Assembly: GCF_000737315.1 (NCBI RefSeq)
Contig: NZ_JMCB01000002.1
Coordinates: 20,001-268,000 of the forward strand
Source: Hyalangium minutum
GTDB taxonomy: Bacteria; Myxococcota; Myxococcia; Myxococcales; Myxococcaceae
Reading direction: 5' to 3'
DNA: 248,000 nucleotides
A program made the position numbers and the translations under genes. The notes under the pieces were generated by a model. The model was not told where the DNA came from. It did no database searches and worked only from the letters and a program-made list of their open reading frames with translations. This document shows positions 82,633 to 92,028 of this stretch, piece after piece. The number at the start of each line of letters is the position of its first letter. Within the stretch, counting starts at the first letter, position 1.

Positions 82633-83771
82633 GCCTTCTCCTTCCGCGCCTCGGCCACCAGCGCGTCCATGAAGCGGTCCACTTCTTCCAGCGTGTTGTA
82701 GAGGTGCGGCGCCACGCGCAGCATGCCCCGGTAGCTGCAGATGAAGCCGCTGGCCACCAGCCGCTGGGCCACCGCCGCGTCTCCGGGGAAGCGCAGTGCC
82801 ACCACGCCCGCGCGCCGCTCCTCCTGCCGCGGCGTCACCACCGTGAAGCCCGCCTCGTCTGCCCGCTCCATCACCCGCGCGGTGCACCGCAGGGAGTGTG
82901 CGCGAATCGTCGGCATCCCCACCGACGCCAGGATGTCCAACCCCACCCGGGACAGCTGCGAGGGCAGCACCGCCGGGGTGCCGCTGGCCATCCTTCGCGC
83001 CGTGGGGGCCCAGTCGCGCACCGGCCCGAAGGTGAGCGGGTTCTCTCCGGCGATCCACCCCGTGGCCGCGGGCCTCAGCGTGGGCAGCAGGGCCGGGCGC
83101 ACGTACAGGAAGGCGCTCTCGATGGAGCCACACATCCACTTGTGCGCGCCGCCAAGCAAGAAGTCCACGCCCAGCGCGCTCACGTCGATGGGGACGGCGC
83201 CCACCGACTGGTAGGCGTCCACGGCCACGAGCGCGCCCACCGCGTGCGCGCGCCGCACGACGGACGCCAGGTCCAGCATGGCGCCGGTGGAGGAGCTGGC
83301 GTGGGTGACGCTCACGAGCAGCGTGCGCTCATCGATGGCGGCGCACAGGCGCTCCTCGTCCATCCTCCCGTTCTCGGAGGGCACCACCACGGTCTCCGCG
83401 CCGTAGCGCTCGAAGCCCTTCCAGAGGAAGGGCACGGTGGGGAACTCCAGGTCCGTGGTCACCACGCGGCGGCGCTCGCCCTGGTAGTCGAAGCAAGTGC
83501 CCAGGCGCCCCAGCAGCGTGGTGAGGTTGGTGTCCGTCACCACGGAGCCGTCCGGCGCGCCGATGAAGCGCGCCACCGCGTCCATGTACCCGAGCCAGTC
83601 CGCCCACCAGCCCTCCCACGCCTCGTCACGCCAGTGCTGCAGCGTCTGCCCGTAGCGCTGGAGCACCGCCTCCATGCCCCGGGGGAACGCCCCCGTGGAG
83701 TTGCTGTTGAGGTACGTCACTTTCTCCAGCAGGGGGAACTCCGCCCGTACCGCCGAGAGCGTTGCGTCCAT
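82629..83771 (-). CDS. Class V PLP enzyme, kynureninase-like
   Basis: VDAYQS; GAHKWMCG. Confidence 0.75.
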   Translation of the reverse strand: MDATLSAVRAEFPLLEKVTYLNSNSTGAFPRGMEAVLQRYGQTLQHWRDEAWEGWWADWLGYMDAVARFIGAPDGSVVTDTNLTTLLGRLGTCFDYQGERRRVVTTDLEFPTVPFLWKGFERYGAETVVVPSENGRMDEERLCAAIDERTLLVSVTHASSSTGAMLDLASVVRRAHAVGALVAVDAYQSVGAVPIDVSALGVDFLLGGAHKWMCGSIESAFLYVRPALLPTLRPAATGWIAGENPLTFGPVRDWAPTARRMASGTPAVLPSQLSRVGLDILASVGMPTIRAHSLRCTARVMERADEAGFTVVTPRQEERRAGVVALRFPGDAAVAQRLVASGFICSYRGMLRVAPHLYNTLEEVDRFMDALVAEARKEKA

Positions 83772-83774
83772 ATG

Positions 83775-85010
83775 TCAGCGTCCTGAATCCTTGGAGGGGT
83801 GGTTCGCCGCGACGCCTTCCTGCAACTGCGCGGCGAAGCGCGAGGTGGGCGGCTCGGGCCGGGACCACGGATCATCCGACTCCGGCAGCGGCGGAGGCTC
83901 GGTGGGCCCCGGCGCCTGTCCGCGACGAGGCGGCTCGGGCTTGGACCAGGGGTCTTCGGCAGGCGCCTGTGGAGGCACGCTCGCGGCGGCCGTGGCGGAG
84001 GGATCCACCTGCGCCGCGGCCGCGGCCAGGGCCTGGGCGGTGCTCATCACCGGAGGAGCCGACTGCTGTGGCTCGGTGGGGGCCTTCGCCGCGCCCGGAG
84101 CCGGAAGGTCGGAGGCCGCCTCCAGCGCTGAGCTGATGGAGGCATGGCCCTCGGGAGCGGGGGGGCCCGCGGGGCTTGGGGAGACAGCGGGGTAGGAGCC
84201 CGAGGGCCGCTGGCTGCCGGGCGCGTAGCCACCGTCGCGCCGCCACGCGTTCGTCATCTCCGCGCGCACCTCCCACAGCTTGCGGAACAGCGGCAGCGTC
84301 ATGCGCCCCGCCAGCACCTGCGTGGGCAGGCCATCCAGCGCCTTGATGGAGCGGTCCACGCCGATGATGCGGCGGACCATCTGGTAGTGCGTGTAGAGCC
84401 ACGTCTGAAACAACTCGTCCAGGTCGACGAACTGCTCGCAGATGCGCTTCACGTCCTCCGAGTTGTACGCGCCGACCTTGTACACATCCAGCAGCCGCAG
84501 GTTGCGCCGCTGCAGCGTGCGATCCAACGCCGCCGCCAAGCCGTCCGCCGCCAGGCGCATGGCGTTGTAGCCCGGAGACTCCTGCCCGCTGCCGTTGCCC
84601 AGGCTGCGCCGGATGATTTGATACGTATCCGGCGTCATCGTCTCCAGGATGTTCATCTCCGCCACGAGACATTTCATGGCGCGCAGCATGCGCTCCAGCC
84701 GCCCGGTGGCTGGCCACAGCAGGTCTCCATCCATCTCCGCCACCACCTCGACCGCTTCCTGGGTGATGAGCTTGAGCCAGAGTTCCTGGGCCTGGTGAGT
84801 AATCTGAAACAAGAGCTCATCGTGATGGACGAGCTCCTCCGTGGAGGACTGGAGATGTAACAAAGTCCCTGTTTTCAAATAGACCTCGTAATCGAGGTCT
84901 CCCTTACCGACCCACTTCTTCAGCAAGGGATTGAACATGGGAGACGCCAGTTGATGGCGTAGCTTTTCAGCCTCACTGTAGTCAGGAGTTCGCAAGACAG
85001 GGCCCTCCAA
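83775..85010 (-). CDS. Tryptophan 2,3-dioxygenase family protein with Pro/Ala-rich tail
   Basis: HDELLFQITHQAQELW; GSGQESPG; LFRKLWEVR. Confidence 0.85.
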   Translation of the reverse strand: MEGPVLRTPDYSEAEKLRHQLASPMFNPLLKKWVGKGDLDYEVYLKTGTLLHLQSSTEELVHHDELLFQITHQAQELWLKLITQEAVEVVAEMDGDLLWPATGRLERMLRAMKCLVAEMNILETMTPDTYQIIRRSLGNGSGQESPGYNAMRLAADGLAAALDRTLQRRNLRLLDVYKVGAYNSEDVKRICEQFVDLDELFQTWLYTHYQMVRRIIGVDRSIKALDGLPTQVLAGRMTLPLFRKLWEVRAEMTNAWRRDGGYAPGSQRPSGSYPAVSPSPAGPPAPEGHASISSALEAASDLPAPGAAKAPTEPQQSAPPVMSTAQALAAAAAQVDPSATAAASVPPQAPAEDPWSKPEPPRRGQAPGPTEPPPLPESDDPWSRPEPPTSRFAAQLQEGVAANHPSKDSGR

Positions 85011-85063
85011 AGGGCAGACATTTCAGAGAATTCAGACAGCCGAGTCAGTGAGACCGATTGAAC

Positions 85064-85465
85064 TCAGACAGGAGACACGGGAGTAGGGCGAGGCTTGTGA
85101 CGGAAGGACTCCAGCTTCCGCGCGAGCTCATCACCTTGAACACTCTTGGAGAGATATCCATCCGCGCCTGACGCCATGGCGAGCGAGCGCAGCTGGGTCT
85201 CATCCGAGGCTGAATACAGAATGAACTTGATGCCCGAGGGCGCTTGGGTGCGCGCCAGGGACACCACCTTGTCGCCCTTGAGGGCGGGGAAATTCACGTC
85301 AATCAGGACGACGTCCGGCACGCTGTCCCGGATGCGGGTGGAGACACCCAGGGCGGAGATGTGCGTCTCCACCTCGAACCCGTGAGCGCGCAGCGAGCGC
85401 GCCACCAAGTCCAAGAGGTCCGGGTCGTCATCCACCACGAGCACGCGGAGCTTGCCGTCAGCCAT
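85064..85465 (-). CDS. Single-domain response regulator
   Basis: VVDDDP; LIDVNFP. Confidence 0.9.
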   Translation of the reverse strand: MADGKLRVLVVDDDPDLLDLVARSLRAHGFEVETHISALGVSTRIRDSVPDVVLIDVNFPALKGDKVVSLARTQAPSGIKFILYSASDETQLRSLAMASGADGYLSKSVQGDELARKLESFRHKPRPTPVSPV

Positions 85466-88361
85466 GGCTCTTCCCCAGGTGCTTGCGGATGGTGTCCAGG
85501 AGCTGATCGCGGTCCAGCGGCTTGGTGAGGTACGCGTCGCAGCCGGCCTTGAGGGCCCGGTCCTGGTACTCGCGGCCCGCGTGGGCGGTGACGGCGATGA
85601 CGGGGACCTTGGAGATGGCGGCCGGCAGGGCGCGGATGCGACGGGTGGCCTCCCAGCCGTCCACGCGCGGCAGGGACAGGTCCATCAGCACCAGGTCCGG
85701 CGTCTCCTTCTGCGCGCGCTCCAGGCCCAGCTCACCGTCCTCGGCCTCGAGCAGCTCGTAGTTGTTGCCGAGGTAGCGGCGGACGATGTCGCGGTTCTGC
85801 GGGTTGTCCTCGACGTAGAGGATGCGGGGCATGCGCCCGCTGTTGGCCGCGCGCTTCTGCAGCAGCAGCGCCTTGGCTTGGCCAATCACGTCGTCGATGG
85901 CGTGGCCGCCCTTGCGCACGAAGGCGATGAGCCCGTTGCGCAGCGTGCTCTGCTCCTCGCTGGTCAGGTCCTTGCCGGTGAGCACCACCACCGGCATGTG
86001 GAGGTTCTCCGCGCGCAGCCGCCGCAGCACCTCGAAGCCGTCGAGGTTGGGCATCATGAGGTCCAGCACCACGAGGATGGGCGGGGAGACGCGGGCCTTG
86101 AGCAGGGCGTCCTCGCCGCTGTGGGCCTCGGAGGTGGAGAAGCCGGCGCGGCGCAGGCTGCGGCTGACGAGCTCGCGGGTGCCCGCGTCGTCATCCACCA
86201 CCAGCACCTCGCCGGTGCCCAGGGCCTGGGTGCCCAGGGTGCGCGTCACCACCTCCACCAGCCGGTCCGGCTCGATGGGCTTGACGAGGTACTCGCACGC
86301 GCCCAGCGAGTAGCCGCGCGCGCGCTGCTCCTCCACGGACACGAGGATGACGGGGATGGTGGACAGGTGCGGCTCGCTCTTGAGCTGGCTGAGCACGCTC
86401 CAGCCGTCCAGCCGGGGCAGGTGGATGTCCAGGATGATGGCCTGGGGCTTCACCTCGCGCGCCAGCCGCAGCGCGTTCACGCCGTCGCCGGCGGGCACCA
86501 CCTTGAAGCCCGCGGGCTCCAGCTGGCCCACCACCAGCTGCTGCATGAGCAAGTCGTCGTCCACCACCAGCACGGTGCTGCCGGCCGCCAGCGGGGCCAG
86601 CTTCGCCGCCACGTCCTCCACGGACACCGCCTGCTCCGGCTGCTCTCCATTGCTGGAGGCGGACGGCGCGGGGGCCGGGCTCTCCAGCACGCCCGCGAGC
86701 CGCACGGTGAAGGTGGAGCCGCGGCCCAGCACGCTGGTGACGTTGACGTTGCCGCCGAGCACCTTGCTCAGCTCGCGGACAATCGCCAGACCCAGGCCGG
86801 TGCCGCCCACCTTGCGCGTGTGCGAGCCGTCCACCTGGCGGAACTTCTCGAAGATGTGCTGCACCTGATCGGGCGGAATGCCGACGCCGGTGTCCTCCAC
86901 CGACATCACCGCCTCGTTGCCCTCGGCGCGCAGGGCCAGCGCCACCTCTCCGGACTCGGTGAACTTGGCGGCGTTGCTCAGCAGGTTGAGCATGATCTGC
87001 CGCAGCTTCAGCGCGTCCGTCTGCAGGAACCGCGCGCGCTCTTCGATGTTGAGCGTGAGCGCCACGTCCTTGCCCTTGAGGTACTCGCGCACCGTGGCCT
87101 GGCACTCCTCGGCCAGCTCCTGCACGTCCACGCGCTCGGTGACGACTTCCACGCGGCCCGCTTCGATCTTCGACAGGTCCAGAATGTCGTTGATGAGCGC
87201 CAGCAGCGTCTTGGCGTTCGTCTTCACGACGTTCAAGTCACGCCGGCCGTGGGCGGTGAGGCGGCTGCCCTCCTCGCGCATCAGCAGGTCGCAGTAGCCG
87301 ATGATGCCGTTGAGCGGGGTGCGAATCTCGTGGCTGAAGTTGGCGAGGAACTCGCTCTTGAGGCGGGCGGCGGCCTCGGCCTCGCGGGCGCGCTCCTCCT
87401 CGTTGCGCTTGGAGATGGCCAGGTCCGTGGCCAGCTTGTCCAGGTCCTCGTTCTGCTGGCGGATGATCTCCATCTGCAGCGCGCGCTGCTGGTAGCTGGC
87501 CAGCGAGCGGGCGGAGACGGACTTCGTGCGCTTGAGCTCATCGAGGTTCTCGGCCAGCTTCTTGTTGGCCGCCTGGAGCGCCGCCTCGTTGCGCTTGCGC
87601 TCGGTGATGTCCTCGGTGACGCCCATCACATAGAGGACCTCACCCTGCTCATTGGTGAGGGGGATCTTCCGGGTGCCGAACTGGCGATCCTCGCTGACGA
87701 CGCGCGCGACCTCCTCGAAGGATTTGATCTGCTTGGAGGCGGCCACCTCGCGATCAATGGCGACGAAGGCGTCGGCCTGCTCCTTGGGGAAGTAGTCGTG
87801 ATCCAGCTTCCCGAGCAGGCCCTCCTTGGTGGTCTGAAACGAGTCCGTGAACGTCTTGTTGACGACCTTGAGCCGCAGCTCCTTGGCATCCTTGACGAAG
87901 AGGATGAAGGGCAGGCTGTCGATGATCTTGTTGAGCAGCCAGACCGTGCGCTGGAGCTCCTCCCCCTGCTCGTGCTGGTGTCCGCGCGCGAGGATCAGCC
88001 CCAGCCGGCCCAGCTGCTCTTCGGTGAGGTAGTCGCTGGCCCCGGCTTGCATGGCGGCCGCCAGTGTCTCCTCGTTCCACTGGCGTGACAGCACCACGAA
88101 GGGCGTACCGTGGCCCTTTTGCTTCCAAGTGGCGTGAATCTGCTCCAGGGAGAGCGCCCCCGGCTCCGTGCCGAACACCACCAGAGACCAGGGCTTCGCC
88201 AACGCAGCAGCGAGCGCGTCGGCGCTGGAGACCCGCTCCACCTCGTGCCGCGGCGACACTCGGCGCAGTGCGTTTAGAACCTGCTCGGTCTCGCGTTCGC
88301 TGGTGTGGAGGAGGATGCGGTGGGTAGGGCTTTCGGTTTGCGCGAGGGGCGAGAGGCTCAT
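85458..88361 (-). CDS. Hybrid PAS histidine kinase with several receiver domains
   Basis: NFSHEIRTPL; three C-terminal REC plus N-terminal REC-like. Confidence 0.92.
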   Translation of the reverse strand: MSLSPLAQTESPTHRILLHTSERETEQVLNALRRVSPRHEVERVSSADALAAALAKPWSLVVFGTEPGALSLEQIHATWKQKGHGTPFVVLSRQWNEETLAAAMQAGASDYLTEEQLGRLGLILARGHQHEQGEELQRTVWLLNKIIDSLPFILFVKDAKELRLKVVNKTFTDSFQTTKEGLLGKLDHDYFPKEQADAFVAIDREVAASKQIKSFEEVARVVSEDRQFGTRKIPLTNEQGEVLYVMGVTEDITERKRNEAALQAANKKLAENLDELKRTKSVSARSLASYQQRALQMEIIRQQNEDLDKLATDLAISKRNEEERAREAEAAARLKSEFLANFSHEIRTPLNGIIGYCDLLMREEGSRLTAHGRRDLNVVKTNAKTLLALINDILDLSKIEAGRVEVVTERVDVQELAEECQATVREYLKGKDVALTLNIEERARFLQTDALKLRQIMLNLLSNAAKFTESGEVALALRAEGNEAVMSVEDTGVGIPPDQVQHIFEKFRQVDGSHTRKVGGTGLGLAIVRELSKVLGGNVNVTSVLGRGSTFTVRLAGVLESPAPAPSASSNGEQPEQAVSVEDVAAKLAPLAAGSTVLVVDDDLLMQQLVVGQLEPAGFKVVPAGDGVNALRLAREVKPQAIILDIHLPRLDGWSVLSQLKSEPHLSTIPVILVSVEEQRARGYSLGACEYLVKPIEPDRLVEVVTRTLGTQALGTGEVLVVDDDAGTRELVSRSLRRAGFSTSEAHSGEDALLKARVSPPILVVLDLMMPNLDGFEVLRRLRAENLHMPVVVLTGKDLTSEEQSTLRNGLIAFVRKGGHAIDDVIGQAKALLLQKRAANSGRMPRILYVEDNPQNRDIVRRYLGNNYELLEAEDGELGLERAQKETPDLVLMDLSLPRVDGWEATRRIRALPAAISKVPVIAVTAHAGREYQDRALKAGCDAYLTKPLDRDQLLDTIRKHLGKSHG

Positions 88362-89524
88362 CAGTTGGATCCGAACGCCAGCACGGTCAGCGTGGTGTTG
88401 ATGTGGAACCCCGAGTAGATCTCGAAGTGCACATTCATTCCAGCCGCCGTCGGCGCGGAGCGCAAGGTCTCCGCCAATTCGGGAACCTTACCTGTAGCGC
88501 TCGCGTACCACATACGCCCACCGCAATGAAACAGGAGGACAGCCTGGGGGTTGTGTACCCGCCTGGGCAGCTCCTCCGTGAAGAAGGACTTCGTCATTCC
88601 GGCCATGTCGCCAATCTTCATGAGCTCCAGCTCGGAGCCCTCCTCCAGCAAGTTGGCGAAAAGAATGGAGTTATCCTCGAGGATGGGCTTCCAGGGGGCG
88701 CGGATGAAGTACTCGCGTCCCACGCGGAGTGCGGTCGGGCGGACGGCGAAGCCCTTGGGGGTTCCGAACTCCAGCTCACTCGGCTGGCACCCGAGCAGGT
88801 CCGCGTAGCGCTGGGCCGCCGGCTTGCCATCAATCTCCAGGGCGCGGGTGTGCGTCTCGTCGACCTTGGTAATCGTCATCCGCTCGCCGGTGGGGATGTA
88901 CCAGTGCGAGCGGAGGGCGGCGAACGGGGCGTTGGTGCGGAACAGGGCCACGAGCACCGCGTCGGTGGCGACTTCACCGTCCACGTGGAGCTGCGAGGAC
89001 TGCTTGGAGATGTCGCGGTTGTCGTCGCTGGCGCCGCCGCCCACGAGCACCAGCGTCTGGTTCTTCTCGAGGATGCCCAGCAGCAGCTCTTCCTTCTTGT
89101 AGCGGAAGCCGTCGTCAATCACGAGGCCCACGTACTTGCGCGGATCCAGATCCGCCTGCCGCACGCCGAGCTCCTCGCAGGCCTTCTTGATGGCGTTGCC
89201 GCCCGCGGAGACGGCATCCAGGCTCAGGCCGGTGCCCAGGCCCACGCCCACGTCGAAGTCCCCGTAGAGGGCGCCGAGCACCACGGAGCCGGAGTGGATG
89301 CCGGTGTTGTCCAGCTCACCGGCGGTGGTGGCGCCCACCAGGCGGCAGCCCTTGGGGAGCCGCTCGCGCACGGCGCGGTTGAGCGCGCTCTGGTCGCGCT
89401 CACGCGAGGCGAACATCATCACCAGCTTGGGGGTGATGCTGCCCAGCTGCTTCATCAAGTCCTCCGCGGCCGCGACGGGCTCCTTCTCGGTGCTGCGAGC
89501 CGTCTGCATCTTCACTTGCGCCAT
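88361..89524 (-). CDS. FIST domain sensory protein
   Basis: VGATTAGE; LVGGGASD; LFHCGGR. Confidence 0.85.
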   Translation of the reverse strand: MAQVKMQTARSTEKEPVAAAEDLMKQLGSITPKLVMMFASRERDQSALNRAVRERLPKGCRLVGATTAGELDNTGIHSGSVVLGALYGDFDVGVGLGTGLSLDAVSAGGNAIKKACEELGVRQADLDPRKYVGLVIDDGFRYKKEELLLGILEKNQTLVLVGGGASDDNRDISKQSSQLHVDGEVATDAVLVALFRTNAPFAALRSHWYIPTGERMTITKVDETHTRALEIDGKPAAQRYADLLGCQPSELEFGTPKGFAVRPTALRVGREYFIRAPWKPILEDNSILFANLLEEGSELELMKIGDMAGMTKSFFTEELPRRVHNPQAVLLFHCGGRMWYASATGKVPELAETLRSAPTAAGMNVHFEIYSGFHINTTLTVLAFGSN

Positions 89525-89549
89525 GGAGGACCTCCGGGTGTGGGAGCGG

Positions 89550-91379
89550 CTAGAGGCCGCTCTGAGGGTGATTAGTGTGGCAGGTACTGGTGCACTGCTG
89601 GAAGGATTCGCTGCCGCCCCCCACATACATGCTCTTGAGGGGGCCGAATTGGGCCTGGTGCTGGGGGGACCACGTCTTGTGGCACGAGAAGCATGCAGCC
89701 TTGCTGGTGCGCTGGATGCTGGAGCGGTTCAGGTGGCAGCTGCTGCACTGAGCCAGGTTGGTATCAAACCGGTCCGAGCGCGAGTGGATGAAGTGCACGC
89801 GCACGAAGATGGGGCCCTCCAGCTCGAAGGAGAGGGGGGCGTGGCAGCCGTTGCAGGCGGCTCGGTTGTCGTTGCCGTGGAGCACGCTGGCCAGCTCGCC
89901 GCCCTTGCTGTGGCAGCTGTTGCACGGGCCGGTGGTGGGCACCGGGGTGGTCTGCTGCCGGGTGCCGACCTGGATTTCCAGGGTGCGGCTGTAGGGCATG
90001 TCCTCGCCCAGGTACACACGGCGGCCCTTCACCGTGACGAGGTAGGTGCCAGGCACGGCGTTGGCGGGCAGCTGGGTGGTCCACGTGTCGCTGACGGGCG
90101 CAGCCCAGCCGGCGTGGGTGGGATCGAACGCACCGCCGAACAGGTTCGGGCCCTTCGGGATGGTCTGCACCTGGGAGAAGAGGCCGTCACGCTCGAAGGT
90201 GGCCGGCGTCTGGACGGTAGGCCCCAGGAAGTCGTTGAGGTCGAGGATGGAGCGGATGGGCTGGATTCTCTGGGCCGGCCCGATGATCTGCGTCATCAGC
90301 ATGCGCTCGCGGTGCTTCCTGCGGTAATACGTGGCCGACGGATCGAAGAACGCCCGATAGTACTGGATGCCCGGCTCATTGTTGCCGAAGACAACCTCAT
90401 TATACGTCGGAAGCGAGCCCTGGGGGTGGAGCCTGCGGCCGGAGCCATCCTTCAGGGTGAGACGGAAGGTGATGGAGGTGCCCGGGGCGTAGGTACCGTC
90501 CGCGCGGGGCGGAGTGACGGGCACCATGTCGATGGAGAAGCCGTAGTCATACGCGGGGCGTGCCACCTGCTCCACGGGGATGGTGTACGGGGCGCTGGGG
90601 CGCAGGGACCAGCGCAGGCGGAGCGCCTTGGTGCGCGAGTCGAGCTTCAGCAGCTTCTCCTTGCACGGGGTGCGGGCGTTGCGCAGCTCCACCAGCGCCT
90701 CCTCCATGAAGTTGTTGGCGCCCGCGCAGCTCTCCAGCGAGCGGCAGTCATACGTCCACTGGATGGCGCGGAAGCGGCGGACGAAGAAGTCGTCGTCATC
90801 CCGGCGCTGGTCGTTGGCGCCCGCGTTGAGCTCCAGGGGGCGGCCGAGGGTGCGGCCCTGGGCGTCCACCTGCTCCACGATGAAGATGCTGGGCAGGTCC
90901 ATCCACAAGGCGTTCCGGTAGAAGCGGCGGCGCTTGTAGCCCTCGGGGCCCGGAGACAGCTCGAACTCCTCGTCCACCTGCCGCACGCCAAGCCACCCCA
91001 GGCCGGCGAACAACCCGTTGCGGCGCAGGCCGTCCACGCCTTCGTCCCGGGTGGCCGTCACCGAGCTGCGCAGGTCGATCTGGTTGATGAAGAAGGTCTG
91101 CCCCGCCTTCACGCGCAGCGGGATGCCCTCGCCGTCCTCCACCTCGAGCGCCAGGCTCACGGCCTTGTCGGTCGACGGGTCCGAGCGGCGCTCGTCGTCG
91201 GCGTCCTCCACGGCCTGGGACTGAGTGCTCAGCTCGGAGGGGGCGCTGGCGCCCGCCGGCTCTGCGCCGCACGCGGCCATCAGCGGGGTGAGTGAAGCAA
91301 GCAGGAGCACCACACCGAGCGACCCCACCTGTCGGGTGGTCTCGACCTTCATTGCCAGCGGCGCCGTCGACTTACGCAT
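89550..91379 (-). CDS. Multiheme c-type cytochrome lipoprotein
   Basis: Lipobox MAAC; CNSCH, CNGCH, CSSCH, CFSCH, CTSTCH. Confidence 0.75.
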   Translation of the reverse strand: MRKSTAPLAMKVETTRQVGSLGVVLLLASLTPLMAACGAEPAGASAPSELSTQSQAVEDADDERRSDPSTDKAVSLALEVEDGEGIPLRVKAGQTFFINQIDLRSSVTATRDEGVDGLRRNGLFAGLGWLGVRQVDEEFELSPGPEGYKRRRFYRNALWMDLPSIFIVEQVDAQGRTLGRPLELNAGANDQRRDDDDFFVRRFRAIQWTYDCRSLESCAGANNFMEEALVELRNARTPCKEKLLKLDSRTKALRLRWSLRPSAPYTIPVEQVARPAYDYGFSIDMVPVTPPRADGTYAPGTSITFRLTLKDGSGRRLHPQGSLPTYNEVVFGNNEPGIQYYRAFFDPSATYYRRKHRERMLMTQIIGPAQRIQPIRSILDLNDFLGPTVQTPATFERDGLFSQVQTIPKGPNLFGGAFDPTHAGWAAPVSDTWTTQLPANAVPGTYLVTVKGRRVYLGEDMPYSRTLEIQVGTRQQTTPVPTTGPCNSCHSKGGELASVLHGNDNRAACNGCHAPLSFELEGPIFVRVHFIHSRSDRFDTNLAQCSSCHLNRSSIQRTSKAACFSCHKTWSPQHQAQFGPLKSMYVGGGSESFQQCTSTCHTNHPQSGL

Positions 91380-92028
91380 GAGGGCCCCTCCTTGCTGCTG
91401 GCCGGGGAGAGGGAAGAGACCCCGGCCTTCTGATTATGTCCCCTGAACTCTCTTCTAAAACAGAGAGTACCAGAGAATCGTCATTTCCGGCTTTAGCCGG
91501 AAGAGGCTGTTTCGAGCAGAAGAAAGAATATCCGTCTCAGGCAGAACAATTCAACTGTTAAGAAACTTGAACGGGCCTGAAAAGCGGTGAGATTGAAACA
91601 GAGCGTAATTTTCCCTTAAATCCTCAAAAACTGGGGTGTTTCAGGGGGGATTGAAAACAGGGTGTGGGGCGAAATCCGAGAGGGTGTGTGAACGAGGAAT
91701 CCTTGACTTCCCAACCCATTTCTTATTGAGCCGAGCGGGATTTTTTGGATCGCAACGAGCGCTCCAGAAATGGAGAAAACGGCGCTCCAGAGCGCTCTCC
91801 GCACGTAGCAGGTGAGAGCGCTCTGGGCCGACCCGGGCCTCGCGCGAGGGACGGCGCGGCGATTCAGGGGACACCACTCACCAGGTTGGGCCGCGGAGGC
91901 TGGCGTGAGGGGCGAGGGAGAGGAGGTGCGCCCCTGCTTCGTTGCTCGGGGTGCGTTGCGGAATGGCCTTCCTCGGCGCACGGCGTTAAGAGGCGAGCCC
92001 CGTTTTCTTTGGCCCCCAGCGATCTCCT

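Noticed and set aside
91380-92028. AT-rich intergenic region with repeated ggattgaaa motifs
   Set aside because: Probably divergent promoter sequence; no supportable ncRNA.
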